Assembly (NCBI RefSeq): GCF_000143415.4
Contig: NW_003314369.1
Span: 434,001 to 498,000 of the forward strand
Direction: 5' to 3'
Source of the DNA: Selaginella moellendorffii
Lineage: Eukaryota > Plantae > Lycopodiophyta
DNA: 64,000 nucleotides
The position numbers and the translations under genes are program-made. Below, one piece after another: positions 46,430 through 58,117 of this stretch; positions within the stretch are counted from its first letter, which is position 1, and each line of letters opens with the position of its first letter. The notes beneath the pieces were generated by a model. The model saw nothing but the letters and a program-made list of their open reading frames with translations. It made no database searches and had not been told where the DNA came from.

Positions 46430-48741
46430 CTAATGCTGAGGGGGAGGGAAGTACTTGTTGAGGTTGAAAGGTAGCTTGTAAAACTCTTCATTGGTGGCAC
46501 TGTCCTTCCATTTGTGATATTTCCTCCACCAGCCATATCCCCGATTCTTCTTATGCGTCTTGAGAGCGTTGTCAAGGATGATGGCAAGAATGAAGCCCAC
46601 TGTTGCTTGGGAGGAGAAGATTGTGTTGAGCATGTCATTGAACTGCATAAATAGCTGTGCTGTTAGCATTTCACATCCAAAAGAATCAGAAGTACAAAAG
46701 AACATACCCAGCCTGCTCTCGTATGTACAGGTCCATGGCCACTGGCAATTGCGAACTGGTAAAAGTACTGAGGAATCGAAAATCCCATGAACAACGTAAA
46801 GCCCAGGATAAATAAGTTGCGAAGAATGTTAAGATTTGTGAACTGGAGGTACGAGAGACCAACAGCAGCTGGCAATGGGAAGACAATTCGTTACAAAGCC
46901 ATAAGGAAATAGCATCATCTCACCTAAGATGGCGTAGAGAACAGAGTTAATTGCAGCAACGATGGGCTGAGGTATGGAGGCAACAATCGCACCAAATTTG
47001 CCTGCACGTACCACGAGCAGTGAGAAAACCACCCTTGTGTGTTTGGAGCTCACCAAAGATCGAGAGAACTATCATAAATAACGCTGCAATTTGCACAGTA
47101 AGTCTGCTACCAACTCTTGTGAGACCAACAAGCCCAGCGTTTTCGCTGCAAAAGAATGAAGCACAAAATCATAAGATCGATATGTAGCAGGATCCACTTA
47201 CACTGAAACAGCAGATCCGGTGATTGTTCCAAACAAGCCATTCAACATCAACCCGATACCCTGCAAACACGAAAATGCTCGCCAATGTCAACCAGGATAA
47301 ATTGCTGCTTACTTGCCAGCCGATACTTCTTCCAACAATAAATGGCGGTGGAGGAGTCGCATTGGCGAGCCGTGAAACACCATATATCGTGGCTGTTGAC
47401 TGTTTTTCCAAATCAGCACCGGGAAAGAGAAGATGAAGTCCTACCTCCAGTTGTGAAACAAACGCTGCTGCAAGGAACGCAAAGGCATCGCCGGCATCAA
47501 ATGTTGGAGCATCCCACTCCAGTGGATACGGGATTCGCACCCTGTATGGTGACAATGTGAATAAATCCAAAAGCTCTCAGAGAGCCATACCAAGGCGCTG
47601 ATTTTACAAAGTGTGCTCGGTCTGTTCGACAGTGATCCTTTCCAAGTTCCGTTGCATGTCTGTACGCACCGCTTACAGTGAGCAGGTGTGCATAAGCCCA
47701 GATGATAACTCCACTCAGAAGCACAGGGAAGCGTTCTAAGACTGGCAGCTTCTTCTTGGAATTCATTTTCCGCAAAAACTGTCACGATAGCATGCTTTCC
47801 AAAATCAGAAACTACATTTGTAAAAGAAACAAAATAACCTGTGAGAGAACTATAAGAAGAAGAAGTTCTGGCAGTCCAATTTCAATGCATTTAGCTACCT
47901 GGACAAGGAGAAAACAAAGTTCAGGGATAGCGACGTTCAAATAAAAGACATTTGCCTACCGCAGGAAATCCATACTCAAATAATCCAAGACCAACCAGAG
48001 CAATCACTGGAGCAATAGAGAGCGGAGAAATATAGCTGCCAACAACCAAGGCGAGAGGTCAGAACCCGTGCGAGCGAGCATTAAATGAAAAGGAAACTCA
48101 CTGGAGCAAAATTCCCCAGAGCCCACTAAAGCCAAGTATAATCTGTATGCTCGACGCACAAGTCAATGCCCCTTGAATGGCTCGCATGGTATGGTAGAAT
48201 CTCTGAAGAACAAGACAAAGACAAAGAATGTTTTCACATGAATGGAAATGCGAAGAACCAGACCTCATGATCATCAAATATAGAGCGATACTTCGGCGAA
48301 TTCACAATCCTCCAGATTGGAATAACATACGAGAAGGATGCATTCATCACAACTGGCAGCCTGGTACCAAAAAAACTCTGGACAAGAGTCATGAGCCCAT
48401 TGACAAAGAGAAGCGTCTGGATCACTCGAATGAGCTCCTCCTGTTCCAGAAGAAACAGTGAGATGTCACGGGATTAAAAAAAAAGATCCGTAGAGATTAC
48501 CGTGTTTCCCCCCATTTCAAAAACAAACATGCTAGGGATGAGCACAGTAGTGCCGATCATCACGACATAGTGCTGGAATCCCAAGAGGATCGCCTCAGCT
48601 GCCAAAGAGACAGCGGTTATGCTTGATCTAGAATGCGAAGTGACAGAACATACCGATACTGGGGCTATCGTTGGGGCAGTAATCGATGTCTGGCAGCTGA
48701 TCTTGCACGGGATGCTGATGATCCTCTTTCGGAGCAGCCAT
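46430..48741 (-). CDS. Nucleobase-ascorbate transporter (NAT/NCS2), multi-exon
   Basis: LLGFQHYVVMIGTTVLIP, QTLLFVNG..TL.QSFFGTRLPVV, NAT signature ENAGLVGLTRVGSR, GKFGA..ASIP and EEFYKLPFNLNKYFP. Confidence 0.93.
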
Positions 48742-49712
48742 GCCGCCCCGCTGCCTCTGCCTACCGCGTAATCGCCGATCGAAGCTCACGTTGTCATCCC
48801 TGGCAGGAGAAATGTCGAATGGAATGCTCCCGTCGATCGATGCAGCGCAACACCAGCATTGCGAGCGAGAGAGATTAAGAGAGAGTGGCGCTGGGCGAAC
48901 AAGAGCCGATGCCGTGAAAGGGAATGAGAGAGATTATCGAGAACCTAGCCAGAGCTTCTTCCTCCCGGGAAAGAAAGAATGAAGAACCCTAGCACTGACA
49001 GGCGAGAGAGCGCAGCAGCACAATGCCCAGAGCGTAAAAAAACGTAAGCTACGGGGATTAAAAAACTTGTTTCTACCGGGGATGAAATTAAAAGCTCCTG
49101 GAAGCTAACAATTCCCACTTTTAACGTCACCGTTTTAAACCCTGGCAGACCGTTTAGGGCTTTATGTGGGCCGTACGATTGACTTTAAGCAGCCAGGTGT
49201 CACGTATTCCGCTCGTTCCCGCCAAACGTTAATCCGAATATACCGCACTTGATTAATAGCTTAACAGTAATGGGGATTTTGTGGACTCTGGCAGTGACGC
49301 TCTGAACAAACGATCCTTGAAAGATTTTAAACAACTCCAAGAACAACGAAAGCGAGTCTTAATAGAAAATTCCTTTCATGTACCTTTGCCCAATGCGTCC
49401 ATATCTCTTTGGAAATCCCTGCCATGAGCTATGAGCATCATCGCTATAGGAAAGGAGTATAGAAAAGAGTCTTCTCCAGTCAGTCAGTCGCGCCTGCGAA
49501 GCAGTCAAGAATCTCTTCGTAAAGTGAGCAATCGAAATCACCTTAGTCTGATCTGATACCGAGGAAAACTCTTTGTTTTCTTGTCTACAAGCCCACGCCA
49601 GTTTCGCAGAGAACATTTGTCCGGATTGAGCATGTCACCCCTGTCCCAGAAAAAGAACAAGCTTGTCTGAGCAACTGTAAGAAGGAAATGAGTAAACTAG
49701 AGTCTCGTACCA

Positions 49713-52483
49713 TCAGTGGAGGCAGTACTCCAGCTTGTATCTGCGAAGCCAGTCTTGTCCTTTCTCTTCATAGTCACTCCTCGTGAACGCAAACTTTGAG
49801 AATAAGCTGGAGCTCGCGTACGCGGACGCGCCATGCCAAGCGTCTAGCGACGGGTCTGCTGCTCGCACCACTCTGATAACCGAGCCCAGCGGTCGATCCC
49901 TTCGAGCTTCCGAGAACATCCTCTTGTCGAATCCATCGAACTCGCAGTTTCCACCTGTGAGTAGAATTGTCCCGTCCATGACTCGGCTGACGAGTTCCTC
50001 TGGCAGCCTCCTCATGGCGATGGATGTCATTTCTCCCACTCCTGCTTGATCTACACCGACCATCGACGGCTGGAAGACTATCTCCGCGCATCTGAATCGT
50101 TCCACACCAAGTCCTATTCGGTAGTCCTTCTCGGTAAGAGGCCGTTGTATTACAAACTCTGGCACTATTTCTTGCGACCCTGGTGGCGGCACTGAAATAT
50201 ATGAAGGATCAAGTTCCTGAAAGTAAAGGAGTTAGAAAGGGAAACAAAAGTCGTGACAGTGTTGTACCTTGAGTCTCGAGGCTAGCCGACTGAGTTCCGC
50301 TTCGTCTTCGTCTATATCTTCTTCTTCGTCGTAGTCTCTGTCCATTTGCTTGTACATTTGCCAATCCTCGTCATTCATGCCAAACGTATCTTCGTCCTTT
50401 CCCCGATCAAAGGCTGCTTGCGTTAAGAGTTTCATTCGTTCTCTCTGCACGGCGGTCAGCCTTTCACTTCGACCGCCAGTAGCTGCAGTTGTAGTACCAT
50501 GGCCGTTGTTTGTGCCAACCTTCTGCCGTTTTCGTTGGTCTACCCTGGCTGAAACTTCGCAATGCCTGGCCTTCAGCTCCTCCAGATACTTCTCCGGGTT
50601 TTCCCTGTGACGAGAACGAGATGTAAGTATTTACAAACAAAAAGATGTCAGAGACGCACAAGCGACGCTCTTCTTCCATCTGTTGCTCGCGCTCTCTCTG
50701 CAGGCACTCCTCTTGACGTCTTTGCTTTGCTCGAATGCGTCCCTCAGCTGTTGTTTTCAGAAACCTTTGCTTTCTTTTTTCCTTCAACTGCCGAGAACGC
50801 AAAAGTTAGACAGCTGACAAAAAGGAAACTTGATTTTTAGGCACCTGCTCCTCGGATAAAAGGTTATCTGCAATTTCGAGCAGAGGGTACTTCTCTGACA
50901 ATGGAATGTCGTCACTGTCTTTCTCCGCCTCAATGCTTTCACCCTTAGCTTTCCGTAAAGCCGAGACTGCCTTGTTTAACGAAATCTGTACTTCTTGCTT
51001 CGACGTAAATCCTGCTTCCGCCAGCAAAGAGTCCTCTTGCCCGTTCTCCAATCCGTCCAGATCTTGAAGAAGGTTCTTCAAGTATTCCACCTCGTTTTCT
51101 AAATCGGCAAGCTTTGAGGATCGTTTTGCTGCTGCCATTTCTCGAAGCCGCTGGCCCTGTTTTTCTCTTAAAGCTGCTTTTCTGGCCAGTTGATCCTCCG
51201 TAGGCTGCTCTTTTTCAGGTGGCGGTACCCATGGCAGCTGCCACCATCTCGTTTTCTCTAATGCTTCGGGAGATTCTAACTGATTAAATAAACTGTTATG
51301 ACATTGAGACACCGAACTGCTTACCTGAAATAGTTTTAGCTCTTCAGCATAGTCGACTGCAATGTAGCCATGCTCTTTTTTCAGGGCCTCAACTTTGTCC
51401 CATACAATATGATTTCTGCAAATCCACAAATGGCAGTTATATTTTAATGCAATCGCTACCACCCTTACGTATGATACGGATATTCAAGGCACAGGAGGCG
51501 CTTCAAATAATCGGTGACGTGAAACCCACCAACCGCGGTTCTGCAGCATGCTTCCATAACAGGCTCCCCGTTGGATATCTGGAAAAGAAAAAGAGATTAG
51601 AGCTTAGAGAAAGGACAAAGAATTACAGAGAAGCCATCAGCATACCGGTATAACATGAGTTGTAGTGTAGCCCGAGCAAACAAGTATACCGTCAGAGTCG
51701 CAGTTTCCAATCTTTCTGTTGTGTGAATAGCTGAAGACTCCATCCATACCGAATGCTGTCATTTACACACGAAGGAAACGATGTAAGTTATATCGTTGCA
51801 TAGCATATAGTAGCATGGGAAAGACCAAAAGATTCACCTTACCCAAGGAAGGAACTCCATAGGTCTCAAAAAGAAGCTCAGCCATTTTGCTCCGCGACTG
51901 AAGCGGATTGCAAGGACATTCGGTTAACAAGACCGGATGTTCCACCTTCAAAGGCAGCACCGGATAAGTACCGCGTAGTAGCCACTTTTCGAAGGAAACA
52001 AACCTCTGGTCCCCGAATTCCCATTCTATCAAATGCGTAGTCTAGTATCTGCAACAAGTTATTGTCATTGTAGATCCTTTTCAAAGGAAGGAAAGAGAAG
52101 AGACTTACACATTCCATAGTCTCGAACTGGAACACCACATTTCCATCGAATGCAGAGCGGGCAGCCGATCGAGTGAAATCATAAACCTTCGCAATCCCCG
52201 AATCATAATCCCCGATGAGATTCACAGTCTCACCTGGAAAAAATACGCCAATGCAAACACGCTCTTCCACAAAGAAATGCTTACCAGAGGACCGATGCTT
52301 GGGACGATTGAGAACGCTCTTGAACTCAATGCGCGGCTCCGCATCGCCGGCCCACCTAAGACCACACTTGCAATCGGCAATAAAACTCGGTACGATGAGG
52401 CCATACCCCGCTCGGCAGCTGAAGGATCCATTATCGATGACGATCGGCGCAACCCTGGGCGGTGCGCTCTCTCGCCGACTCAT
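49713..52483 (-). CDS. ARP5: Actin-related protein 5 (INO80 complex), multi-exon
   Basis: [42 protein letters not shown], charged insertion [45 protein letters not shown] and DAW.GA. Confidence 0.92.
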
Positions 52484-52609
52484 CGGCTCACAAGAACCCT
52501 AAATATTGGTAGAATATCCTTCACCCTACCTTTAACTACGTTAAAAAAATGTTAGGATCCTTTTAGGAGGGGAGCATGGGAATCGAACCCGGCAGCTTGC
52601 ACTCGGGAA

Positions 52610-52629
52610 TGATAAAATATATTTTATCA
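52610..52629. other. Perfect 20-bp palindrome TGATAAAATATATTTTATCA
   Basis: Read directly. Lies between the Bet v 1 stop and the ARP5 start. Confidence 0.9.
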
Positions 52630-52677
52630 CCATGTCGTTGGATAAGCCAAAACGAGGCGAATCTAAGCAGCGAATAT

Positions 52678-53245
52678 TTAATTCGCATATGCGTTGGTTG
52701 CGAGGAGGTATCCCTCGACGGCCTTCATGGATCCAAGAACAGCTTCTTTGGCTTGCTCGGGAGCTGGGCTATCGCCAATCGGCTCGTATTCCACGCTCCA
52801 GATCGCGGTGGAGCTGCCATCGTCCGCCCCATCGACGTACTTGGTTGTGGCCACGAATTGGCTGTAGAGCTTGGTGAGATCGCCCTCGATCAGCGAATAG
52901 GTCACGGATTTGGCTGCGTCGTCCACAGCCAGCACCTTCTCGGTCGCCACGGTGGGTTCCTTGGACACGACTGGATCGAAAGAATCAAGCAAAATCAATG
53001 GATTCAATCATCAGTTCTCTCGCGCAGGGGATAGATCAATCAAGAACTGGAGACGATGGAGACTTACGAGGGCCGAATGTGATCTTCCTGATGGTTCCAA
53101 CGCCGCCATCGCCCTCTACGAGCTCGTAGCTCTTGATGAAGTCGGGGACGATCTTGGGCAGGAGATTGTGGACGTCTCTGAGCGTGGCGTACATCCGGCT
53201 GGCCGGGACCTTGAGCGGGAGCTCTGCGGAGAGAGTCTTCACCAT
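52678..53245 (-). CDS. Bet v 1 / PR-10 / MLP-like protein, 156 aa, 2 exons (53245-53068, 52970-52678)
   Basis: LLPKIVP..IKS.E.VEGDGGVGTIRKITF glycine loop, YSLIEGD and KAVEGYLL. Single phase-1 intron. TATAAAA on the minus strand at 53386-53380. Confidence 0.93.
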
Positions 53246-53641
53246 TTCCACAGATCGAATGCTACTAGATCGATAGATCGATCGCGAAAGGCAGGAGTGA
53301 TCTAGAATGGGAGCGAGATTGATCGAGGAAAGGAAGAATTTGATCGATTGGATTGAAAGCCATGAGCCACTGCTTGGGGTTTTATACTGCCTGGAGGACA
53401 TGTCGGTGGAAAAGCTGCGAGGAGGATCAGAACAAAATCAGTCCTGGCATGGGTGGGACAAAAACTTCACCAGTTCTTGCGACCTCCTTTTCAGGAATTG
53501 TAAGGTCAACGTGTTCGTCACCAACCAGCTTTAATGTTCTTCGCGTGGAAGAAATTGACCCGCGCTGACAAATCTTCCTTCTTCTTTCTTACTTTGATTG
53601 ATCCAAGCATGGCCGGCACTTAGCTTAGCGAGCGCATCTAC

Positions 53642-55348
53642 ATGAGATTCTCGCTAGCTGCGAGCTCAAATCCAGTACAGGAATACGTGAAGCTTCTCAA
53701 GTTTGCTGGGCAGGCGAAGAATTTGGCCGAGGGGAAGAGGATCCACCGCGAAATCGAAACCAGCTCGTTTTCGAGTGACAAGTTCCTGTCCGATCACCTC
53801 ATCGACATGTATGGAAAGTGCGGCAGCGTTCACGAAGCGCGAGCCGCGTTTGAACAGAGCAACCAGAGAAACTGGAACTCGTGGAACGTAATAATCTCCG
53901 CATTTGCCCAAAACCGGCATTTCCATGATGCGAAGTTTGCGTTTGAGCGAATGCCAAAGAGGGACGCCATAAGCTGGACGACGATGTTAAAAGCCTACGC
54001 AAAAGCTGGCGAGCTTAAGGAAGCTGTAAACTTGTTTGATAACATGTTAAAAAGAGATGACGTCGCCTGGAACAACATGCTTGCTGCATATGCCCAAGAA
54101 GGGAATCTTTGCAAAGCACTTCTTACGTTCGATCTCATGCCGCAATGGACTGTTGTGTCGTGGAACACTTTGATCTCGGGGTATCTCGAGCACGGCTGTG
54201 CCGACGAAGCGACCAAGCTGTTCGATCAGATGCCAGAAGAGACTGTGGTTTCCAAGACTGTAAAGTTTCGGGCGAGTGCACAGGCCGGGAACATCCATGC
54301 TGCTCGATCGATTTTCGAGTCAATGATGGAGCGAGACGTGGTTGCCTGGAACGCGATGATCTCCACCTATGGTGAAAACGGATCTTCGGACGAGGCCAAG
54401 AAGCTGTTCGATCGAGCGAGTGAGCGAAACGTTATCTCTTGGACGTCCCTCGTCACGGCATTCGCTCTGGGTGGCCAGATCGATCGTGCGACTGGAGCGT
54501 TCAAGAGGATGCCTGGACATGACTCAGCGTCATGGAACTTCCTCATAACCGCGTATGCCCAAACTGGGCAGGACACCGAATCAAAGAGATTGTTCGATGA
54601 ACTCCCTATGAAGGATGTAATATCGTGGAATTCCTTGCTCATCGCGTTTGGGTGGCGGAAGTCCAAACACCACCTTCGTGCAGCGTTCGAAAAAATGCCG
54701 CAGCGTCACCTTATCTCGTTCAACGTGCTCATCACAGGATATGCCCAATGCGGGTGTATGCGCGAAGCACAAAACGCCTTCGATTCCATGCCCGTCCACG
54801 TTGTGCTAACGTGGAATGCCCTAATGGCGTCATACGCACACTGCGGGTTCCTCCAAAAGGCCAAGACCGTCTTCGACGAGATGCCCGTGCGAGACAGCAT
54901 CTCGTGGAACGCGCTCATGGCCGCATATGCCCGAGCCGGGCACGGTGACGTGTCGTTCCACGTGTGCAGGCTCATGTACCAGGACGGTGTACGCCCCGTC
55001 GACGTCACCTTTACCATCGTCCTCACGGCGTGCAGCCACGGTGGCCTCTCCAAGGATGGATTGCAGTATTTCCACTCGATTTGCGCGGACCACAACTTGG
55101 TGCCTTCGCTCGACAATTTTTGCTGCATGATCGATCTGCTTGCGAGGTCTGGGCGGACTGGAGATGCGCTGGAGCTGGTGGAGAGCATGCCGTACCTCCC
55201 CAACGAGGTTGCATGGGCGGTGCTGTTGGCAGGGTGCATGACACACAAAGATGTACGGCATGGGGAGATTGCTGGGAAGAGGTTTTGTGAGCTTAGCCCT
55301 TCCAAAGGTGCACCTTATGTCATGCTAGGCAAGCATTTGATTTCATAA
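53642..55348 (+). CDS. PLS-class PPR protein with E domain, no DYW, 568 aa
   Basis: LIDMYGKCGS, run of 31-aa repeats, FCCMIDLLARSG and W..LLAGC..H, ending at PYVMLG. Confidence 0.94.
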   Translation: MRFSLAASSNPVQEYVKLLKFAGQAKNLAEGKRIHREIETSSFSSDKFLSDHLIDMYGKCGSVHEARAAFEQSNQRNWNSWNVIISAFAQNRHFHDAKFAFERMPKRDAISWTTMLKAYAKAGELKEAVNLFDNMLKRDDVAWNNMLAAYAQEGNLCKALLTFDLMPQWTVVSWNTLISGYLEHGCADEATKLFDQMPEETVVSKTVKFRASAQAGNIHAARSIFESMMERDVVAWNAMISTYGENGSSDEAKKLFDRASERNVISWTSLVTAFALGGQIDRATGAFKRMPGHDSASWNFLITAYAQTGQDTESKRLFDELPMKDVISWNSLLIAFGWRKSKHHLRAAFEKMPQRHLISFNVLITGYAQCGCMREAQNAFDSMPVHVVLTWNALMASYAHCGFLQKAKTVFDEMPVRDSISWNALMAAYARAGHGDVSFHVCRLMYQDGVRPVDVTFTIVLTACSHGGLSKDGLQYFHSICADHNLVPSLDNFCCMIDLLARSGRTGDALELVESMPYLPNEVAWAVLLAGCMTHKDVRHGEIAGKRFCELSPSKGAPYVMLGKHLIS

Positions 55349-55507
55349 GGTAATTATAAACTCTTTAAAACATTCTTAATATTTAATATTTTTCAAAAAC
55401 TATAGATTATATTTTTAATTGTCACACTATTAATCTGCTCAGCCATATACTTCCTTTAATCTTCTCATAAAGCAAGAAATGTTTAGTCATGAATGTGTCA
55501 ATATTAT

Positions 55508-58000
55508 TCAAATCTTTGAATACAAGTTAGAGATGGCAATGTGAGCAGAAGAACTTTGGGTGTTTTGCTGGAGAAGCTGCATTGCCATAAACACACCCGT
55601 CTTGTCAACGCTAGCACCATGGCATCCACTCAGCAATGCCATCCACTTGATAGAATCCGGTGTGGTTGGCATCGTCTTGAGCAGCTGACGTGCCTCCTCC
55701 AGCCAACCCCCTCTCGCCAACAGATCAATCATACACCCGTAATGCTCTGGAATAGGATCCATGTCATAGTCCCACCTCAAGGACGAAAACAGGTGGCAGC
55801 CAACGTCCGCCACGCCAGCATGGCCGCACACACTCAGCACGCTGACGAAGGTGACAGCCGTGGGAGCCACGCCCTGCTGGACCATCTCCGCGAGTACGTG
55901 GAGCGCCTCACTGGCATGGCCGCTCTGGGCATACGCCGCCAGCGTGGAGTTCCACGTCACCACGTTGTCGGCCGCCCCGACGCCTTGGAAGATCGAGCGC
56001 GCTGTGGCGAAGTCACCGCATTTTCCATAGAAGTTTACTAGCGCTGTGGCGACCACGCTGTCTATCTCCATGCCCGCCTCCAGGATGGAGTCGTGGATGA
56101 TCTTTCCTTTCCGGAAGAGTTGCAAGCTTGCTCGAGAGTTTATCACTGTGGCGAGCGTGACGCTGTCCGGATTGTGGCCTTGGAGCTCCATTGCTCGGAG
56201 TAAATCGAATGCCCGGTCGGGATGCCCGAGTCGTGTATGCGCTGCTATCAACAAGTTCCAGGAGATAACGCTCGGCTCGCCTATCCCATCGAAAGTTTCG
56301 TTCGCGTCTTCCAGGCTTCCACAGGCGGAGTAGACTTCCAAAAGAGCGTTTGCGACGAGCGGATCCTTCTCCCAGCCCAACTGCCTGATCCGTTCGTGGA
56401 AATCTCTCGCTGAAGAGAGATTCGTGCAAGCACCGAGAGCTGCGATGAGTGCCACCCTGTCTGGAGTGTGTCCCTCGAGCTGGATTCGTCGAAAGGTGAT
56501 AGACGCCTCGTCGAGAAGCCGTGCTTGAGTGTAAGCTCCAAGCATTGTTGTCCAGGAGATCAAGTCCCGCGACTCCATCTTCTCGAAAACCAGCTTTGCG
56601 TCGTCCAGTCGGCCACAGGCTGCGTACATTCTCACCAGAGCTGTCCCAAGAACTGCGTCGAGGCGGTATCCTTGCTCAAGAATCTCTTCGTGAGTTTTTT
56701 TCCCGGTTTCCAGCCCGAGAGAGCTCCCTGTTGCTGTGCAAGCTGATAAGATCGATACGAACGTCACCTTGTCCGGCCTCACTTGATCGAGTTTCATCTG
56801 TTCTTGCAGCTCCATCGCGTCCCTCAAGCGTCCGTGCTTGGCATAGGCTGAGAACATACAGTTCCATGCAGCCAAGTCCTTCGCTCGCAAGCTGTCAAAC
56901 ACCATCTTCGCAGACTTCCTATCGCCTTGCTCGCTCTTGATCTTCACCAGGGCAGTCCCGACCAGTGTATCCGAATCCAAGCCGCTCTCAACAGCCAAGT
57001 CGTGAATTGTCTGTAAACTTGAGGCTTGCAACGTGCTGCTCTTGGCACAAGCATCGAGGACTGTGAGCAAAGTGTGCTTGTCACCTTTCCAGCCATCGAG
57101 CAGCATCTTCCGGAAGAACTCGAGAGTTCCTTGGGCTTCATTAAGGGAAGCGTAGCCGGCGATCATACTGTTCCACACTAGCAAGTTCCTGTCTGCTATC
57201 CCATCGAAAACCAAGCTTGCATCCTCCAGCGAACCACACCTCCGGTACATTTTGATCAGGGCGTTCCCGACGAAAGCATCCGAGTCTAGACCACTTTGCT
57301 CGATCAGCCGATGAACTTTCCTTCCGGCATCAAGATCGCAGGCGTTGAGAACAGAAACGTACGTGATCTCGTTTGGAGCTACCCCTTCCTGTAGCATCTC
57401 GATAAACAGCGTCAGTGCTTGCTCGAGACACCCTCTCTCGACGTAGGCCGAAACCATTGTCGTCCACGACACTATGTTCTTCCGGAGAAGCCTGTTGTCA
57501 AACACTCGCCTTGCCTCGTCTACGCTGCCACACTTGGCATACATCCTCACAAGTGCGGTTCCCACGTCCACGCTCCACTCAAAGTCACTGCCCTGAATCC
57601 TCCTGTGCACCCTTCTTCCCTCTGCCAAGCTCCCACTTTCGCTACAAGCGTTGATCACTGTGAGGAGAGTGACTCTATCCGGAACCACGCCTTCGTCTAG
57701 CATCCGATGAAACAAGCCTGTTGCCTCTTGGAGATGCCCGACCCGGGCATAAGCTGCCATCATCGGAGCCCACAGTCCAGCGTCTCGAGAGGCCATTTTG
57801 TCGAACACCTTACGAGCGTTATCCACGCTCTTGCATACCAGGTACATGTGAACGATACCATTGGCCAGATGTAAGTTCTTGTCCAGTCCATCACTCACGA
57901 TTTGAGCATGTAGTTCTTTGCCTTTCGGCAAAGTATGACATGCACGTAAGCTTGCTGCTAAGTCTGTTACTGTCGTAGAGATTGTCAACACTGCCAGCAT
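55508..58000 (-). CDS. PLS-class PPR protein (P-L-S triplets) with E domain, no DYW, 830 aa
   Basis: ALVRMYAKCGS, SWTTM..AY, GV.PN.ITYVSVL.AC triplets, HYGCMIDLLARGG, ending at HIAISNLY. Confidence 0.95.
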   Translation of the reverse strand: MLAVLTISTTVTDLAASLRACHTLPKGKELHAQIVSDGLDKNLHLANGIVHMYLVCKSVDNARKVFDKMASRDAGLWAPMMAAYARVGHLQEATGLFHRMLDEGVVPDRVTLLTVINACSESGSLAEGRRVHRRIQGSDFEWSVDVGTALVRMYAKCGSVDEARRVFDNRLLRKNIVSWTTMVSAYVERGCLEQALTLFIEMLQEGVAPNEITYVSVLNACDLDAGRKVHRLIEQSGLDSDAFVGNALIKMYRRCGSLEDASLVFDGIADRNLLVWNSMIAGYASLNEAQGTLEFFRKMLLDGWKGDKHTLLTVLDACAKSSTLQASSLQTIHDLAVESGLDSDTLVGTALVKIKSEQGDRKSAKMVFDSLRAKDLAAWNCMFSAYAKHGRLRDAMELQEQMKLDQVRPDKVTFVSILSACTATGSSLGLETGKKTHEEILEQGYRLDAVLGTALVRMYAACGRLDDAKLVFEKMESRDLISWTTMLGAYTQARLLDEASITFRRIQLEGHTPDRVALIAALGACTNLSSARDFHERIRQLGWEKDPLVANALLEVYSACGSLEDANETFDGIGEPSVISWNLLIAAHTRLGHPDRAFDLLRAMELQGHNPDSVTLATVINSRASLQLFRKGKIIHDSILEAGMEIDSVVATALVNFYGKCGDFATARSIFQGVGAADNVVTWNSTLAAYAQSGHASEALHVLAEMVQQGVAPTAVTFVSVLSVCGHAGVADVGCHLFSSLRWDYDMDPIPEHYGCMIDLLARGGWLEEARQLLKTMPTTPDSIKWMALLSGCHGASVDKTGVFMAMQLLQQNTQSSSAHIAISNLYSKI

Positions 58001-58117
58001 TTGGATCTGTCGCTAGAAAAACTACACACCGTTATATGTACAAAGAGAAGCTTTTCTGTACAAGCTTACCTCGAAATGAAAGAACTCTACCGCCACCCGA
58101 CTGTACAGAAGGATTTT

